In this document: positions 42,453-52,607 of the stretch, piece after piece
How positions within the stretch are numbered: the stretch's first letter is position 1
Layout: each line of letters opens with the position of its first letter
Assembly: GCA_964421445.1 (NCBI GenBank)
Contig: CAYQXL010000001.1
Span: 1,981 to 65,980 of the forward strand
Direction of reading: 5' to 3'
Source: an uncultured Pseudomonadota bacterium
GTDB lineage: Bacteria > Desulfobacterota > Syntrophorhabdia > Syntrophorhabdales > CAYQXL01
DNA length: 64,000 nt
Translations under genes and position numbers: made by a program
Notes under the pieces: model-generated
Databases searched by the model: none
Told to the model about the DNA's origin: nothing
Seen by the model: only the letters and a program-made list of their open reading frames with translations

Positions 42453-43265
42453 GTGCCTGCATACGCCGAAATCGTTGCATTCCTTCTCACTTTGATTGCC
42501 GGTCTCTGTACCGGTGCTGGGAGTCTGGTTGCCCTCACGGCCCGGAGGACAAACACAAAACTTCTTGCAGCAAGCCTCGGTTTCTCGGCAGGTGTTATGG
42601 TCTACGTTTCATTTGTCGGCATACTGGCAAAGGCACAGGAGTCTTTGGTTCATGAACTCGGCAAGGGACCGGGAAGCTGGCTTGCTGTTGGATCATTTTT
42701 TTCCGGGGTCGCTCTTGCTGCGCTCCTGGACCGGATGGTTCCGGACTTCGAGAATCCCCATGAACCGCGGAGGGTCGAAGAGATGGCAGCGGCCTCTCTC
42801 ACTCTTCCGAGGGATAAACTCTTCAGGATGGGTGCCTTTTCGGCGTTGGTAATCGGACTCCACAATTTTCCCGAGGGATTGGCCACCTTTGTGGCGGCCC
42901 TGAAGGATCCCGCTCTCGGAGTTTCCATTGCTGCGGCCATAGCGATCCATAATATCCCTGAAGGGATAGCCGTGTCAGTGCCGATCTTTTTTGCTACAGG
43001 AAGCCGGGCGAAGGCGTTCGGTTACTCCTTTGCATCAGGGCTCGCAGAGCCTGCAGGTGCCCTGATCGGCTATATGCTTCTGAGGCCGTTCCTCAACGAG
43101 ACTGTATTCGGGATTGTTTTTGCCGGTGTTGCCGGGATCATGGTATTCATTGCTCTCGACGAACTCTTGCCCGGCGCCAGGGAATACGGGGAACATCATA
43201 TCGCTGTTTATGGTCTCATTGGCGGCATGGCTGTCATGGCGGTAAGTGTTCTGTTTTTCATGTAG
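42453..43265 (+). CDS. zupT: ZIP-family zinc transporter ZupT
   Basis: It has 8 TM-like segments and the motif HNFPEGLA...IAIHNIPEGIAV. The start codon is GTG. Confidence 0.85.
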   Translation: MPAYAEIVAFLLTLIAGLCTGAGSLVALTARRTNTKLLAASLGFSAGVMVYVSFVGILAKAQESLVHELGKGPGSWLAVGSFFSGVALAALLDRMVPDFENPHEPRRVEEMAAASLTLPRDKLFRMGAFSALVIGLHNFPEGLATFVAALKDPALGVSIAAAIAIHNIPEGIAVSVPIFFATGSRAKAFGYSFASGLAEPAGALIGYMLLRPFLNETVFGIVFAGVAGIMVFIALDELLPGAREYGEHHIAVYGLIGGMAVMAVSVLFFM

Positions 43266-43350
43266 GGTCTCTGACGGTCGAAGCCGAAAGCCAGGCTGAA
43301 GGCGCGGTAAATGAGTTCACGGGAGATCGGGCAAAGGAGGCGGATACACT

Positions 43351-43569
43351 ATGTTCTCCACACTGAAACAGGTCAAGCGACTTGTTGTTGCCGTTGTGGG
43401 TCTGACTGTTTTGCTCCTGGGAATTGCCATGATCCTTCTGCCTGGACCTGCCTTTATTCTGATACCTGCGGGATTGGCGATCCTTGCTACCGAATTTGTC
43501 TGGGCCCGGAAACTTCTCGGCACCGTGAAGAGGATCATACGGAAAAAACGTGATACAGGTCCCTCGTAA
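43351..43569 (+). CDS. Small two-TM membrane protein with PGPGW-type motif
   Basis: 72 aa, with LLPGPAFILIPAGLAILATEFVWARK. Confidence 0.55.
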   Translation: MFSTLKQVKRLVVAVVGLTVLLLGIAMILLPGPAFILIPAGLAILATEFVWARKLLGTVKRIIRKKRDTGPS

Positions 43570-43628
43570 GGTCTTGGGCCGGCCCTCGTTTCCCGACGTG
43601 AAAAACCGACCGATGGGGCGCATCCCCT

Positions 43629-44066
43629 TCAGGTGATTTCAACGAAGCTCGATTCGCTGATTCCCTCGAGAAGCTGAAAAGACTGGATCTGAACGGAAAA
43701 GACAATGGCCCCTTCATCGCCGATGAACCCTTTCAACTGGGGGTGGCGGGCCAGGAGGTCTCGCCCGATTCTTCTGATCTTCTCTTCGTCCCTGACAGGA
43801 GAGAAGATCCCCGTGACAGTGAGAGCTTTTGTCGCTGTTCTATCCTTTGAATCATCGTTCTCCCGTGTGTCGATGAGGAGACTGACGTGAGGGTTTTCCG
43901 TGAGATTCCTGAATTTCCGCGTGTTCCGATGGGTCACCATGTAGATGGTTGTACAGTCGTCGTTGGGAATGTAGGACATAAGGGAACAGTGGGGCATGTT
44001 GTTGAGGGTCGTTGCCATGACGCAGGTGCTGTTCTCTCTGACAATCGATTTCATCGTGGTGATCAT
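43629..44066 (-). CDS. Pyridoxamine 5'-phosphate oxidase-fold (general stress protein 26-like) protein
   Basis: CVMATTLNNMPHCSLMSY...NPHVSLLID is the pattern of the split-barrel FMN-binding family. Confidence 0.6.
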   Translation of the reverse strand: MITTMKSIVRENSTCVMATTLNNMPHCSLMSYIPNDDCTTIYMVTHRNTRKFRNLTENPHVSLLIDTRENDDSKDRTATKALTVTGIFSPVRDEEKIRRIGRDLLARHPQLKGFIGDEGAIVFSVQIQSFQLLEGISESSFVEIT

Positions 44067-44078
44067 CTGTGCACTCCT

Positions 44079-45059
44079 TTATAGTCCGTTCCTGAAGTCG
44101 AGGAGGATTTTGAGGGAATCGGGGCGGGATGCCGCTTCAAAGGCCGAAAGAGCGTCTGTAAAAGGATAGACCGCCGAAACAAGCTGACGGACATCAATGA
44201 GACCCTGGGAAAGATGCTCCAGGGCCGGGCCGAAGGGACCACACCGGGAGCCGACGACGGTTATTTCGTCTATTACGAGAGGCGAAAGATTGAGCTGTGT
44301 TCCATCGGCCACAGTCGTTTTGAGAACGATTGTCCCTCTCGGCCTCACCTGGGACAGAGCGGTTTCAAAGCCTGTCGCTGACCCTGTTGTATCGATGACC
44401 ACATCCCATAATCTGCCCCTGTCGCTGGCATCGAGCCCGAGGGCATTGATGCCCAAAGTCCTGGCAATGGCCAGTTTCTCCTCATGTTTTCCAACAAGGA
44501 GGACGTCAGCGTGGGTCAACCGGAGAACGGCTGCGGCGAGAAGGCCGAGTTTTCCGTCCCCCAGTACGAGGATCCTCTCTGTTGGCCGGATGTGGACCTG
44601 CTCCAGAATCTCGAAGCAGGCTGCCAGTGGTTCGGTGAAGACGGCATCCTCATCGGAAAGACTGGCGGGGAGAGGATGGAGGCAGGACAGAGGAAGCGTT
44701 ACATACTCGGCGAAAGCACCGTTCCGCCCGTCGATTCCGAGTGTTGTCCGTGAAGGGCAGTGTCGCCCGAGGCCTTTGGAACAGTATTCGCAGACTCCGC
44801 AGGCGATGTTTATCTCCCCTACGACCCGTCTGCCGATGAGCCCCTGGTCAGGACCGTTCACATCATCGACGATGCCGACGAATTCATGGCCCAGGACACC
44901 TGCAAAGCCGAGGTAGCCTTTTGTTATCTGCATATCCGTGTCGCAGATTCCTGCCATGGTGACCTTTATCCGTGCTTCACCGGGCACCGGCACCGGTGCC
45001 GGGTAATCGTCGACAAAACGGAGAGTGCCGTCGAAGACGAGGGCTTTCATCGCACACAC
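44079..45059 (-). CDS. Zinc-dependent medium-chain alcohol dehydrogenase family protein
   Basis: GICDTD, GHEFVG, a structural-zinc Cys cluster (CGVCEYCSKGLGRHC), and a Rossmann motif (VLGDGKLG). Confidence 0.85.
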   Translation of the reverse strand: MCAMKALVFDGTLRFVDDYPAPVPVPGEARIKVTMAGICDTDMQITKGYLGFAGVLGHEFVGIVDDVNGPDQGLIGRRVVGEINIACGVCEYCSKGLGRHCPSRTTLGIDGRNGAFAEYVTLPLSCLHPLPASLSDEDAVFTEPLAACFEILEQVHIRPTERILVLGDGKLGLLAAAVLRLTHADVLLVGKHEEKLAIARTLGINALGLDASDRGRLWDVVIDTTGSATGFETALSQVRPRGTIVLKTTVADGTQLNLSPLVIDEITVVGSRCGPFGPALEHLSQGLIDVRQLVSAVYPFTDALSAFEAASRPDSLKILLDFRNGL

Positions 45060-45883
45060 CCTCCTTTCCGGAGGATGAATGCATCGATCAGGCGCCGGGC
45101 GATACTTATGGCTGATGGTACAGGGGGAAGGGTCCTATAGTCGAACCAGCCAGCGGTAATGATCTCTTTTGCGTCCGTTGTTACGGTGCCTCCGGCGTAT
45201 GTTGCCGTGAACCCGATCATGAGGGAATCAGGAAAGGGCCAGGGCTGGCTTCCGAAATAGGTAATATCCGTCACTTCAATACCTGTCTCTTCCCGAACCT
45301 CCCTTTTTACTGTGTCTTCGAGCGTTTCGCCCGGTTCGACGAATCCCGCGAGGACGGAGTAAAAGTCCTTCTTGAACCGGGGCGACCGGGCCAGGAGAAT
45401 CTCGTTGCCCCGTTCGACCAAAACGATAATAGCGGGGGAGATCCGGGGAAAGGTCACGAGACCGCAGGAAGGACACTGGTGGGCCAGTTCATCATCCTTC
45501 ATCGAGGTTTGCGCAGCACAGCGGGGACAGAAACGATCGTCCCTGCTCCAGTTTATATAGTGGACGGCCCGGAGAACGAGGGTGAACAGATCCTGGTCGA
45601 AAAGGTCATAGAGTGACCAGACACCGAGGAGCGCGAAAGGGGAGGGTAAATCCGTATTGGGAGGTATCTCGGCGGCGATGCAGGAATGACCGCCGAACTG
45701 TCCCAGGGAAATCGAACGGACGATGGGTAGCGACGGGAACCCCTCGTTCGTGAGTTCTTCGGGAATGACGGAACGTTCGCCCTGCCGGGAGACAACCATC
45801 CTGGTTCCTGAAAAAACAAACCACAGCGTGGACGGTCTGTCCCCGAAAGAATCGTCCTCTGTCCCTATAACCTGATCTGTCAT
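45047..45883 (-). CDS. nudC: NADH pyrophosphatase (Nudix + zinc ribbon)
   Basis: FCPRCAAQT...CPSCG zinc ribbon. The Nudix box is GFVEPGETLEDTVKREVREETGI. Confidence 0.8.
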   Translation of the reverse strand: MTDQVIGTEDDSFGDRPSTLWFVFSGTRMVVSRQGERSVIPEELTNEGFPSLPIVRSISLGQFGGHSCIAAEIPPNTDLPSPFALLGVWSLYDLFDQDLFTLVLRAVHYINWSRDDRFCPRCAAQTSMKDDELAHQCPSCGLVTFPRISPAIIVLVERGNEILLARSPRFKKDFYSVLAGFVEPGETLEDTVKREVREETGIEVTDITYFGSQPWPFPDSLMIGFTATYAGGTVTTDAKEIITAGWFDYRTLPPVPSAISIARRLIDAFILRKGGCVR

Positions 45884-46500
45884 GAAAGCCCGATCTTGTT
45901 CTCTCTTCCCGAGATGAGCCGGGCGATATTCTCTTTATGTTTAATAAAGACCAGAATGGCCGTGGCAAGGGAGAGAAAGAGGTACTCCCGGGGAGATGGG
46001 AGAAAAATCATTGTAATCGGGATGCAGACTGTTCCTACAAGAGACCCGAGGGAGACGAATCGTGTGACAAGCAGGACGAGGACGAACACAACGGCGCCTA
46101 TCCCGATCGAGAGGGGGCTGAGAACAAGAAATACGCCCATGGCTGTTGCAACACCCTTGCCTCCGCGGAACTTCAGGTAAACAGGGAAGAGGTGGCCGAG
46201 AAATGCTGCAAACCCGACAGAAGCAGCGACCGAAGGTTCGGGAAAATACCACGAAGCGAGAAGCGTAGGCACCAATCCTTTGACGATGTCGCCGGCGAGA
46301 GTGATGAGGCCTGTCGTTTTCCCCGCAGTTCTCATGACGTTCGTTGCGCCTATGTTTCCACTGCCCACGTTCCGGGGGTCCTTGCCGTGAATACGGGAAA
46401 GAATGACGCCGACGGGAATCGCTCCGACGAGATAGGCGGCAACTATGGCCATCCAGGCAGGCATGGGGTTAGAATATAAGGAAAAGGGAGGGATTGTCAA
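45880..46500 (-). CDS. plsY: Glycerol-3-phosphate acyltransferase PlsY
   Basis: GSGNIGATNVMR and FRGGKGVAT. It is polytopic and overlaps nudC by 4 nt. Confidence 0.9.
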   Translation of the reverse strand: MTIPPFSLYSNPMPAWMAIVAAYLVGAIPVGVILSRIHGKDPRNVGSGNIGATNVMRTAGKTTGLITLAGDIVKGLVPTLLASWYFPEPSVAASVGFAAFLGHLFPVYLKFRGGKGVATAMGVFLVLSPLSIGIGAVVFVLVLLVTRFVSLGSLVGTVCIPITMIFLPSPREYLFLSLATAILVFIKHKENIARLISGRENKIGLS

Positions 46501-46587
46501 TCGTCTCCGTCCGGCGCGGGAGAGGTCTTTTTTGTTGAAACGCCTGCTGATTTGTGGGAGAAAATAGGATCACATCAGGGAGGGAGT

Positions 46588-47013
46588 ATGATGGTCCGCT
46601 TTACGGCAATAGTCTGTGCATTCATCGTATGTCTCTGTGCCGGGGCAGCCGCTGCTGAACCGGACATGAGAGAAGGAAAATGGGAGATTACGACAAAGGT
46701 TGAGATGTCAGGCATGCCCGGTGGCATACCGGCACAGACCATGACCCAGTGCATCACGAAGAAGAATATGGTGCCCGGCCCCGAACAGACGAACCCCAAC
46801 TGTAAGATGGTCAGCTCGAATGTTTCGGGAAATACGGTTTCGTGGAGCATGACATGCAAAGAGAAAGACGGTACAATGGAAAGCAAGGGGCAGATCACCT
46901 ACAAGAGCGACAAGTTCACAGGGGCCATGACGTCGTTAATGACGCAGAAAGGGGAGCAGCCGGTGAAAATGACCGCCCAGATGACGGGACGGCGGATCGG
47001 CGAGTGTAAGTAG
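46588..47013 (+). CDS. Secreted DUF3617-like protein
   Basis: It has a signal peptide (ending GAAAAEP). GKWEITTKVEMSGMP...QCITKKN...NCKMVSSNVSGNTVSWSMTC is the family pattern. The start is moved to ATG 46588, after GGGAGGGAG. Confidence 0.55.
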   Translation: MMVRFTAIVCAFIVCLCAGAAAAEPDMREGKWEITTKVEMSGMPGGIPAQTMTQCITKKNMVPGPEQTNPNCKMVSSNVSGNTVSWSMTCKEKDGTMESKGQITYKSDKFTGAMTSLMTQKGEQPVKMTAQMTGRRIGECK

Positions 47014-47029
47014 AACGGGGCGATTTGTA

Positions 47030-47058
47030 TTGACAACCAACCGATTTGTCAGTAGAAT
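47030..47058 (+). promoter_or_regulatory. sigma70-type promoter candidate for rpmB
   Basis: TTGACA (47030..47035), a 17-nt spacer, then TAGAAT (47053..47058). Confidence 0.55.
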
Positions 47059-47139
47059 TCAGTGCTCTGCGGTGCTTCGGCCGATATCTGGCAGGGAGAA
47101 GCGGCCGCCGGGAATAAACTGTTGTTTCGGGGAGGCGTG

Positions 47140-47331
47140 ATGGCAAGGATTTGCGAGATATGTGGAAAAGGCAAGCAGATTGGAAATAATGTGAGTCATG
47201 CCAACAACAAGTCAAAGAGGGAGTGGCTGCCGAACCTTCAAAGTGTAAGGATCGTTGACGGAAAGACGACGAGGAAAGCCAGGATCTGTGCAAAGTGTAT
47301 CAAGAAAGGTAACTTTCAGAAAGCAGTTTAA
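47140..47331 (+). CDS. rpmB: 50S ribosomal protein L28
   Basis: [34 protein letters not shown]..., with GGAGG 5 nt upstream. The track ORF starts upstream at 47062. Confidence 0.9.
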   Translation: MARICEICGKGKQIGNNVSHANNKSKREWLPNLQSVRIVDGKTTRKARICAKCIKKGNFQKAV

Positions 47332-49466
47332 GACGTACCTCTTACCCTTTCAACCGATCGGACCCCCTTCAATTTCTGGATCGACTTAATTATCTTCTGA
47401 AGTTGGGACATGTGCCCGATTTCAATCTCATAGGTGCCCGTGGCCGTTTTGTCAGGATAGGTCGTGGCCTGGGCGCCAACGATATTTGCCTTGTTTGACG
47501 TCATGATGCTGCTGATGTCGCTGAGCAGGCCCTTGCGATCTTCCGCAGAGACCTTCAGCTTGACCGGATAGGCCCGCTTGTCCTGTTCTAAGGCCCAGGC
47601 GACCTCGATCTTCCGTTGCTCGTCGTATGTGTGAACGTTGGGGCAGTCGGCGCCATGAATCGTCAGGCCCCGACCCCGGGTAATGAATCCCACGATAGTG
47701 TCTCCGGGGATGGGGTTACAGCAGTGTGCGAACCGGGTTACAAGTCCGTCGACACCTTTGACCTGAATAGCGTTGCCTGTGTCACGCCGGATCGACCGTA
47801 TAATCGTCTTAAGCTTGCTCTTCTTCTCTTCTTCGGGAAGGGTCTTCCCGAGTATCTGCTGAGGTGTATAGAGACCGTATCCCACCCCTGCAAAGAGATC
47901 GTCAACAGTCTCGAAACTGAAATCTTTGGCGATATCGGCCATCTCACCGCTTTTCAGCATTGACTGGAGGCTCCGGTCATATTTGCCGAGCGTCTTGTCT
48001 ATGAGGCTCCTGCCGAGCTCGATGCTCCGTTCCCGTTGCTCCGCCTTGACGAACTGCCGTATCTTTGTTTTCGCCCGTGAGGTTTTCACATAACCGAGCC
48101 AGTCTTTGCTCGGTTTATGCGTCGGGCTGGTCTGGATGTCGACCGTGTCCCCGCTCCGGAGAACATACCGGAGAGGCACGAGCTTTCCGTTTACTTTTGC
48201 TCCCTGACAGCGGTGGCCCAGTTCCGTGTGAATCGCATAGGCGAAGTCGATAGGGGTGGCCCCTTTTGGCAGTTCCCGAACATCTCCCCGGGGGGTGAAG
48301 ATGTAGACATCATTTGGGAAGAGATCGATCTTGAAAAGTTCCATGAACTCCTTGTCATCCTTTAGTTCCTGCTGCCATTCGATGACCCGCCTGAGCCACG
48401 AGAAGATCCTGTCTTCCTTGGCATCGAAGATTTTGCCCTCCTTATACTTCCAGTGGGCTGCGATCCCTTCTTCGGCAAATCTGTGCATGTCTTTTGTCCG
48501 GATCTGAATCTCCATTTTGTCACCCCCCCCGCCGACGACCTTTGTGTGGAGGGACTGGTACATGTTGGCTTTGGGCAAAGCGATGTGATCGGTGAATTTT
48601 CTCGGTATGGGTTTGTAGAATGAATGGATGTAGCCGAGAGCTTCGTAGCACTCCTTCACAGAATCGACGATAACCCTGAAGGCTATCAAATCGTAAATGT
48701 CGTCGATGTTCAGTCCTTCCTGGGCCATTTTTTTATAGATGCTGTAGATCCTTTTGGCCCGGCCGAAGACCTCGGCTGTGATTCCTGATGCTGCCAGTTT
48801 TTCCCGTATCTCTTCCCGCATTCTGGTGATGTAGGCTTCCCGTTCCCTCCGTTTCTGGGCGAGCTTTTCGCTGATCAACCGGTATTCCGTCGGTTTGATG
48901 TACTTGAATGATGCATCCTCCAGTTCACCCTTCAGCCACTCTATGCCGAGGCGGTGGGCGAGGGGAGCGTAGATTTCAAGGGTTTCCCGGGCTATTTCGA
49001 TCTGTTTTTCAGGTGAGATGAAATTGAGGGTCTGCATATTATGATAGCGGTCGGCAAGCTTGATGAGGATGACCCTGATATCTTTGCTCATGGCGAGGAT
49101 CATCTTCCGGAAGTTTTCCCCCTTCAACTCTTCCGACGTCTTGATGGCGATCCGGCTGATCTTGGTCACACCGTCGACGAGTTCGGAGACTTCTTTTCCG
49201 AAATATTCCTCGATCTCTTCCTTGCTGACATACGAGTCTTCGATTGTGTCATGGAGAAGGCCCGAGACAACGCTCGGTATATCCAGATTCATCTTGGTGA
49301 GTGTAAATGCCACCTCGAGGGGATGGATGAGGTAGGGCTCGCCTGAAAGTCGGGTCTGTCCCTTGTGAGCCTTGGCGGAGAAGATGTATGCCCGCTGGAG
49401 CATCTCCACGTCGGCCTGAGGATTGTACACAAGCATCTGATCGACGATGTCGTTAATTCGTATCAT
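47328..49466 (-). CDS. rel: Bifunctional (p)ppGpp synthetase/hydrolase (Rel/SpoT homolog)
   Basis: HD hydrolase domain ([13 protein letters not shown]), a synthetase domain, and TGS and ACT C-terminal domains. 712 aa. Confidence 0.9.
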   Translation of the reverse strand: MIRINDIVDQMLVYNPQADVEMLQRAYIFSAKAHKGQTRLSGEPYLIHPLEVAFTLTKMNLDIPSVVSGLLHDTIEDSYVSKEEIEEYFGKEVSELVDGVTKISRIAIKTSEELKGENFRKMILAMSKDIRVILIKLADRYHNMQTLNFISPEKQIEIARETLEIYAPLAHRLGIEWLKGELEDASFKYIKPTEYRLISEKLAQKRREREAYITRMREEIREKLAASGITAEVFGRAKRIYSIYKKMAQEGLNIDDIYDLIAFRVIVDSVKECYEALGYIHSFYKPIPRKFTDHIALPKANMYQSLHTKVVGGGGDKMEIQIRTKDMHRFAEEGIAAHWKYKEGKIFDAKEDRIFSWLRRVIEWQQELKDDKEFMELFKIDLFPNDVYIFTPRGDVRELPKGATPIDFAYAIHTELGHRCQGAKVNGKLVPLRYVLRSGDTVDIQTSPTHKPSKDWLGYVKTSRAKTKIRQFVKAEQRERSIELGRSLIDKTLGKYDRSLQSMLKSGEMADIAKDFSFETVDDLFAGVGYGLYTPQQILGKTLPEEEKKSKLKTIIRSIRRDTGNAIQVKGVDGLVTRFAHCCNPIPGDTIVGFITRGRGLTIHGADCPNVHTYDEQRKIEVAWALEQDKRAYPVKLKVSAEDRKGLLSDISSIMTSNKANIVGAQATTYPDKTATGTYEIEIGHMSQLQKIIKSIQKLKGVRSVERVRGTS

Positions 49467-50436
49467 TACGTGACCATCTGTAAAATGTGACCGGTGCCGA
49501 CGATGGTGTCAGGAGGATACTCCCGCTTCCGGTGAAGGGATGGTGTCCGTCGATCTCTGAGGCCGTTGATTCGGAGAGAAGAACCTCTCCCCTCCGGGCC
49601 AGCTTTTCGAGGCGTGCTGCGATGTTGACCGCTGTCCCGAGAGCAGTGAATTCTTTTTTGCTCGGGGAACCGAAAAGTCCTGTCACCACTTGGCCGGAGC
49701 TTATTCCAACACCGATCTGAAAGCCTTTATCAGTCCGGGAGATGAGATCCACCATTTCAATGGCACATGTGACTGCCTGTTCTTCGTGGCCCGGTTGGAC
49801 GACCGGCGCTCCGAAGAGAGCCATGACGCTGTCGCCGATGTATTTATCGACAATCCCACCGTGTTTCATCACAAGATCGCTCATGGGAACGAAATAGTCG
49901 GTATTCAGGAGGGATGCCACGAATTCAGGGGGGTTTGCCGATGTGAGTGAGGTAAAACCCCGGATGTCGGCGAAGAGTATTGTCACATAGGAGAGCCGTG
50001 TCTCGAGAAGGGACGGGTTTGTAAGGATCTGGTCATAGATGTCGGGGGAGATGAACTGTTTCATTTTTCTCCGGAGATGACATTCCCTGACCTTCCATTT
50101 AAGTTCACGGTTTTCAAAGGGTTTGGTGATGAATCCATCGACGCCGGCATCGATCGCTTTAATGGAGGCTTCAAGTGTGCCGTAGCCCGTGAGAATGATC
50201 GTTGTTGTGTCGTACCCGAGCCGTCCAATTTCCTCTATGGTCCTGATGCCGTCGATTCCGGGCATTATGAGATCACAGATTACAATGTCGTATCCCATGT
50301 GCCGGGCTTTGAAAAGGGTTAAAGCCTCCTCGCCGTCGCGGGCCCCGTCTACACTGTACCCCTCATCCCGCAATATGCGGGAAAGGGACCGCCTTATGCC
50401 TTCTTCATCGTCGACGACCAGGACACCGAGTTGCAT
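49453..50436 (-). CDS. Response-regulator receiver domain fused to a class III adenylate/guanylate cyclase domain
   Basis: REC domain: VLVVDDEEGI...IVICDLIMPGIDG...TKPF. Cyclase domain: VTILFADIRGFT, DKYIGDSVMALFG, GTAVNIAARLE. The 3' end overlaps the rel start by 14 nt. Confidence 0.85.
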   Translation of the reverse strand: MQLGVLVVDDEEGIRRSLSRILRDEGYSVDGARDGEEALTLFKARHMGYDIVICDLIMPGIDGIRTIEEIGRLGYDTTTIILTGYGTLEASIKAIDAGVDGFITKPFENRELKWKVRECHLRRKMKQFISPDIYDQILTNPSLLETRLSYVTILFADIRGFTSLTSANPPEFVASLLNTDYFVPMSDLVMKHGGIVDKYIGDSVMALFGAPVVQPGHEEQAVTCAIEMVDLISRTDKGFQIGVGISSGQVVTGLFGSPSKKEFTALGTAVNIAARLEKLARRGEVLLSESTASEIDGHHPFTGSGSILLTPSSAPVTFYRWSRNDTN

Positions 50437-50458
50437 ACCTGCTCCTTAGGCAGTCTAT

Positions 50459-50486
50459 ATTATCCCATCCGGGGGTGGCTTGACAA
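50459..50486 (-). promoter_or_regulatory. sigma70-type promoter candidate for the REC-cyclase/rel operon
   Basis: The minus strand reads TTGTCA (50486..50481), a 16-nt spacer, then GATAAT (50464..50459). AAGGAG precedes ATG 50436. Confidence 0.45.
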
Positions 50487-50567
50487 CAGTCAAATTGGAG
50501 TGGCACTGTCCGCGACAGAAGGAATGGTCCCGTCGTGTCGAGGGAGAGATGCCCTGACCCGGTATAA

Positions 50568-52166
50568 TTATCCGTCGACAGCATGGATGCGGTCACCTAT
50601 GAGGCGGCAATGATCAGAAACACGGCCCAGATTGACCAGCATGTCGACGAAGATGGGTCCCGCCTCCGCCTTGCAGGCCTTCTCGTAGAATCGTTCGAGA
50701 TGTTTGTCGAAAGCTCGGGCTATCTTCTGGTGAATCTCTATATCCCTCATGATCAGGTGTTCGATCAGATCCCTCTCTTTATTCTTTATGAGCGACGATG
50801 CATCATCGAGGCTTCCGAGAACAAGCCTGCCGATTTCTCTCAGTTCGGTCAGGGCGGGAGGAGAGAAGAATGCCCGTCGTTCATGCCTCGACTGGGCCAA
50901 TTCGCCGAGATTAAGGGCATGGTCGCCGATCCGTTCGATATCGTAGACGATGGCGGAAAAGGCAAAGAGTCTTTTGGTAAGGGAGGGCGACAGGTCCTTG
51001 CACGAAATATTCCACAGGTAGTCGGTTATCTCATAGTGGAGATTGTCGACAACGAGCTCGATATAGGAGAGATCTCTCTTCTGTGCCCCATGGTATTCGT
51101 GAATCATCCCAAGCCCCTTGGAAAGCATTGTCCTCGTAAGGGATATCTCCCGAACGAGCTCCATCTGCACCGAGCTTAATGCATCCTCAGCACAGTTGAG
51201 ACACTCTTTGTTCAAATACTGGGGCCAGAGGGGGATGACATCCGATTGGCCGGGAATGACCCTGATCATGAAGCGGGAAAAAGGACGGAGGAACGGGAGA
51301 AAAAGGAGAACAAGAAGAAGATTGAAAAAGAAGTGTCCAAAAGCGATCTGCTGAGGAATATTGGCGGTGAGCTCTCCGAGGAATGATGTAAAAGGCCCGA
51401 GGAAGCCAATGACGATGAGCGCTGTAACTGTTTTGGTGATCACGTGTGCTACAGCGCTTCGTTTTGCATCGACCGTCCCGACGATTCCCCCGAGGATTGC
51501 TGTTATTGTTGTCCCCACGTTTGCGCCCACAAGTATCGGTACGGCCTGGTCAAGGGTAACAATGTCCTGCATACCCAGAACAACGAGAATGCTTATGGGA
51601 ATGGCCGATGCCTGGACGATGCAGGTAAAGACGGTGCCCGCTGCGAGGCCGATCCAGGGATTATTCGCTGTCCTGAAAACTGTCAGAAAGGCCTCATTGT
51701 CCCTGAAGGGCGTTGTGGCCACGGAAATAAGATCGAGACCAAAAAAGACGAGACCGAAACAGAACGTCGCCTCACCGAGGGATTTGTAGTTGTCATGGGC
51801 GAGAAACCATACAAGAATCCCGAAAACCATGAACAGGGGCGAAAAGGCTGCAAACTTCCAGGCAACGAGTTGAACGGTGATCGTTGTGCCGATGTCTGCT
51901 CCGAGAATAATGCCCAGGGAATTGTAGAGGTTGATGAGCCCGGCGCTGACGAGACTGACCCCGACGAGCGTTGTTGCAGAACTGCTCTGAAAAACGATAG
52001 TGGCGAAGATGCCCGTCGCGATGCCATATAGTGGTTTCTTCACGGAAAAAAGAATGAGCTTCCGGACCCGTGCGGACAGAAGGGTCTTTGCCACCAGACT
52101 GAGCCGTGTCATGCCAAAGACAAAGAGGGCAAGGCCGGCTAAAGACAGAAGTATGCTCTGAATCAT
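50568..52166 (-). CDS. Na+/phosphate cotransporter family protein with C-terminal PhoU-like domain
   Basis: Duplicated Na_Pi_cotrans membrane repeats (SSSATT.., GANVGTT). The cytoplasmic C-terminal half is helical and PhoU-like. Confidence 0.8.
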   Translation of the reverse strand: MIQSILLSLAGLALFVFGMTRLSLVAKTLLSARVRKLILFSVKKPLYGIATGIFATIVFQSSSATTLVGVSLVSAGLINLYNSLGIILGADIGTTITVQLVAWKFAAFSPLFMVFGILVWFLAHDNYKSLGEATFCFGLVFFGLDLISVATTPFRDNEAFLTVFRTANNPWIGLAAGTVFTCIVQASAIPISILVVLGMQDIVTLDQAVPILVGANVGTTITAILGGIVGTVDAKRSAVAHVITKTVTALIVIGFLGPFTSFLGELTANIPQQIAFGHFFFNLLLVLLFLPFLRPFSRFMIRVIPGQSDVIPLWPQYLNKECLNCAEDALSSVQMELVREISLTRTMLSKGLGMIHEYHGAQKRDLSYIELVVDNLHYEITDYLWNISCKDLSPSLTKRLFAFSAIVYDIERIGDHALNLGELAQSRHERRAFFSPPALTELREIGRLVLGSLDDASSLIKNKERDLIEHLIMRDIEIHQKIARAFDKHLERFYEKACKAEAGPIFVDMLVNLGRVSDHCRLIGDRIHAVDG

Positions 52167-52277
52167 TCCAAACTATGAACCTTGCGGGGACAAGAAAAAA
52201 GTGCCAAGCAGCCGTTCATCTGTCCCGTCGCCGGCCTGATGGCATGTAATCCTGAAAGGAGAATGACTCTTTTGCTG

Positions 52278-52607
52278 TCAGGAAATCCTGCTCCCGTTGG
52301 GAATTTCTTTGTCCACGGTCAGGAGCACTACGGACGATTTGTCTTCAGCCGATGCGGCAAGAAGCATCCCGTGCGACGTGATCCCCCGAAGCTTCCGTGG
52401 CTCCAGGTTCGCAACAATGGCGATCTTCTTCCCGACCAGTTCTTCCTTGGTGTAATGGGTCTTGATGCCGGCCACAATGGTCCGCTCCTCACCCATGTCG
52501 ATTGTGAGCTTGTAGAGTTTGTCGGCGCCCGGTATGTCCTCGCACTCTCTGATCTGTGCCACCCGGAGCTCGATTTTGAGAAAATCATCAAATGTAATCG
52601 TGTCCAT
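52278..52607 (-). CDS. tRNA-binding domain protein (CsaA/EMAP-like)
   Basis: DFLKIELRVAQIRECEDIPGADKLYKLTIDMGEE..IVAGI...LVGKKIAIVANLEPRKLRGITSHGMLLAA. Confidence 0.8.
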   Translation of the reverse strand: MDTITFDDFLKIELRVAQIRECEDIPGADKLYKLTIDMGEERTIVAGIKTHYTKEELVGKKIAIVANLEPRKLRGITSHGMLLAASAEDKSSVVLLTVDKEIPNGSRIS

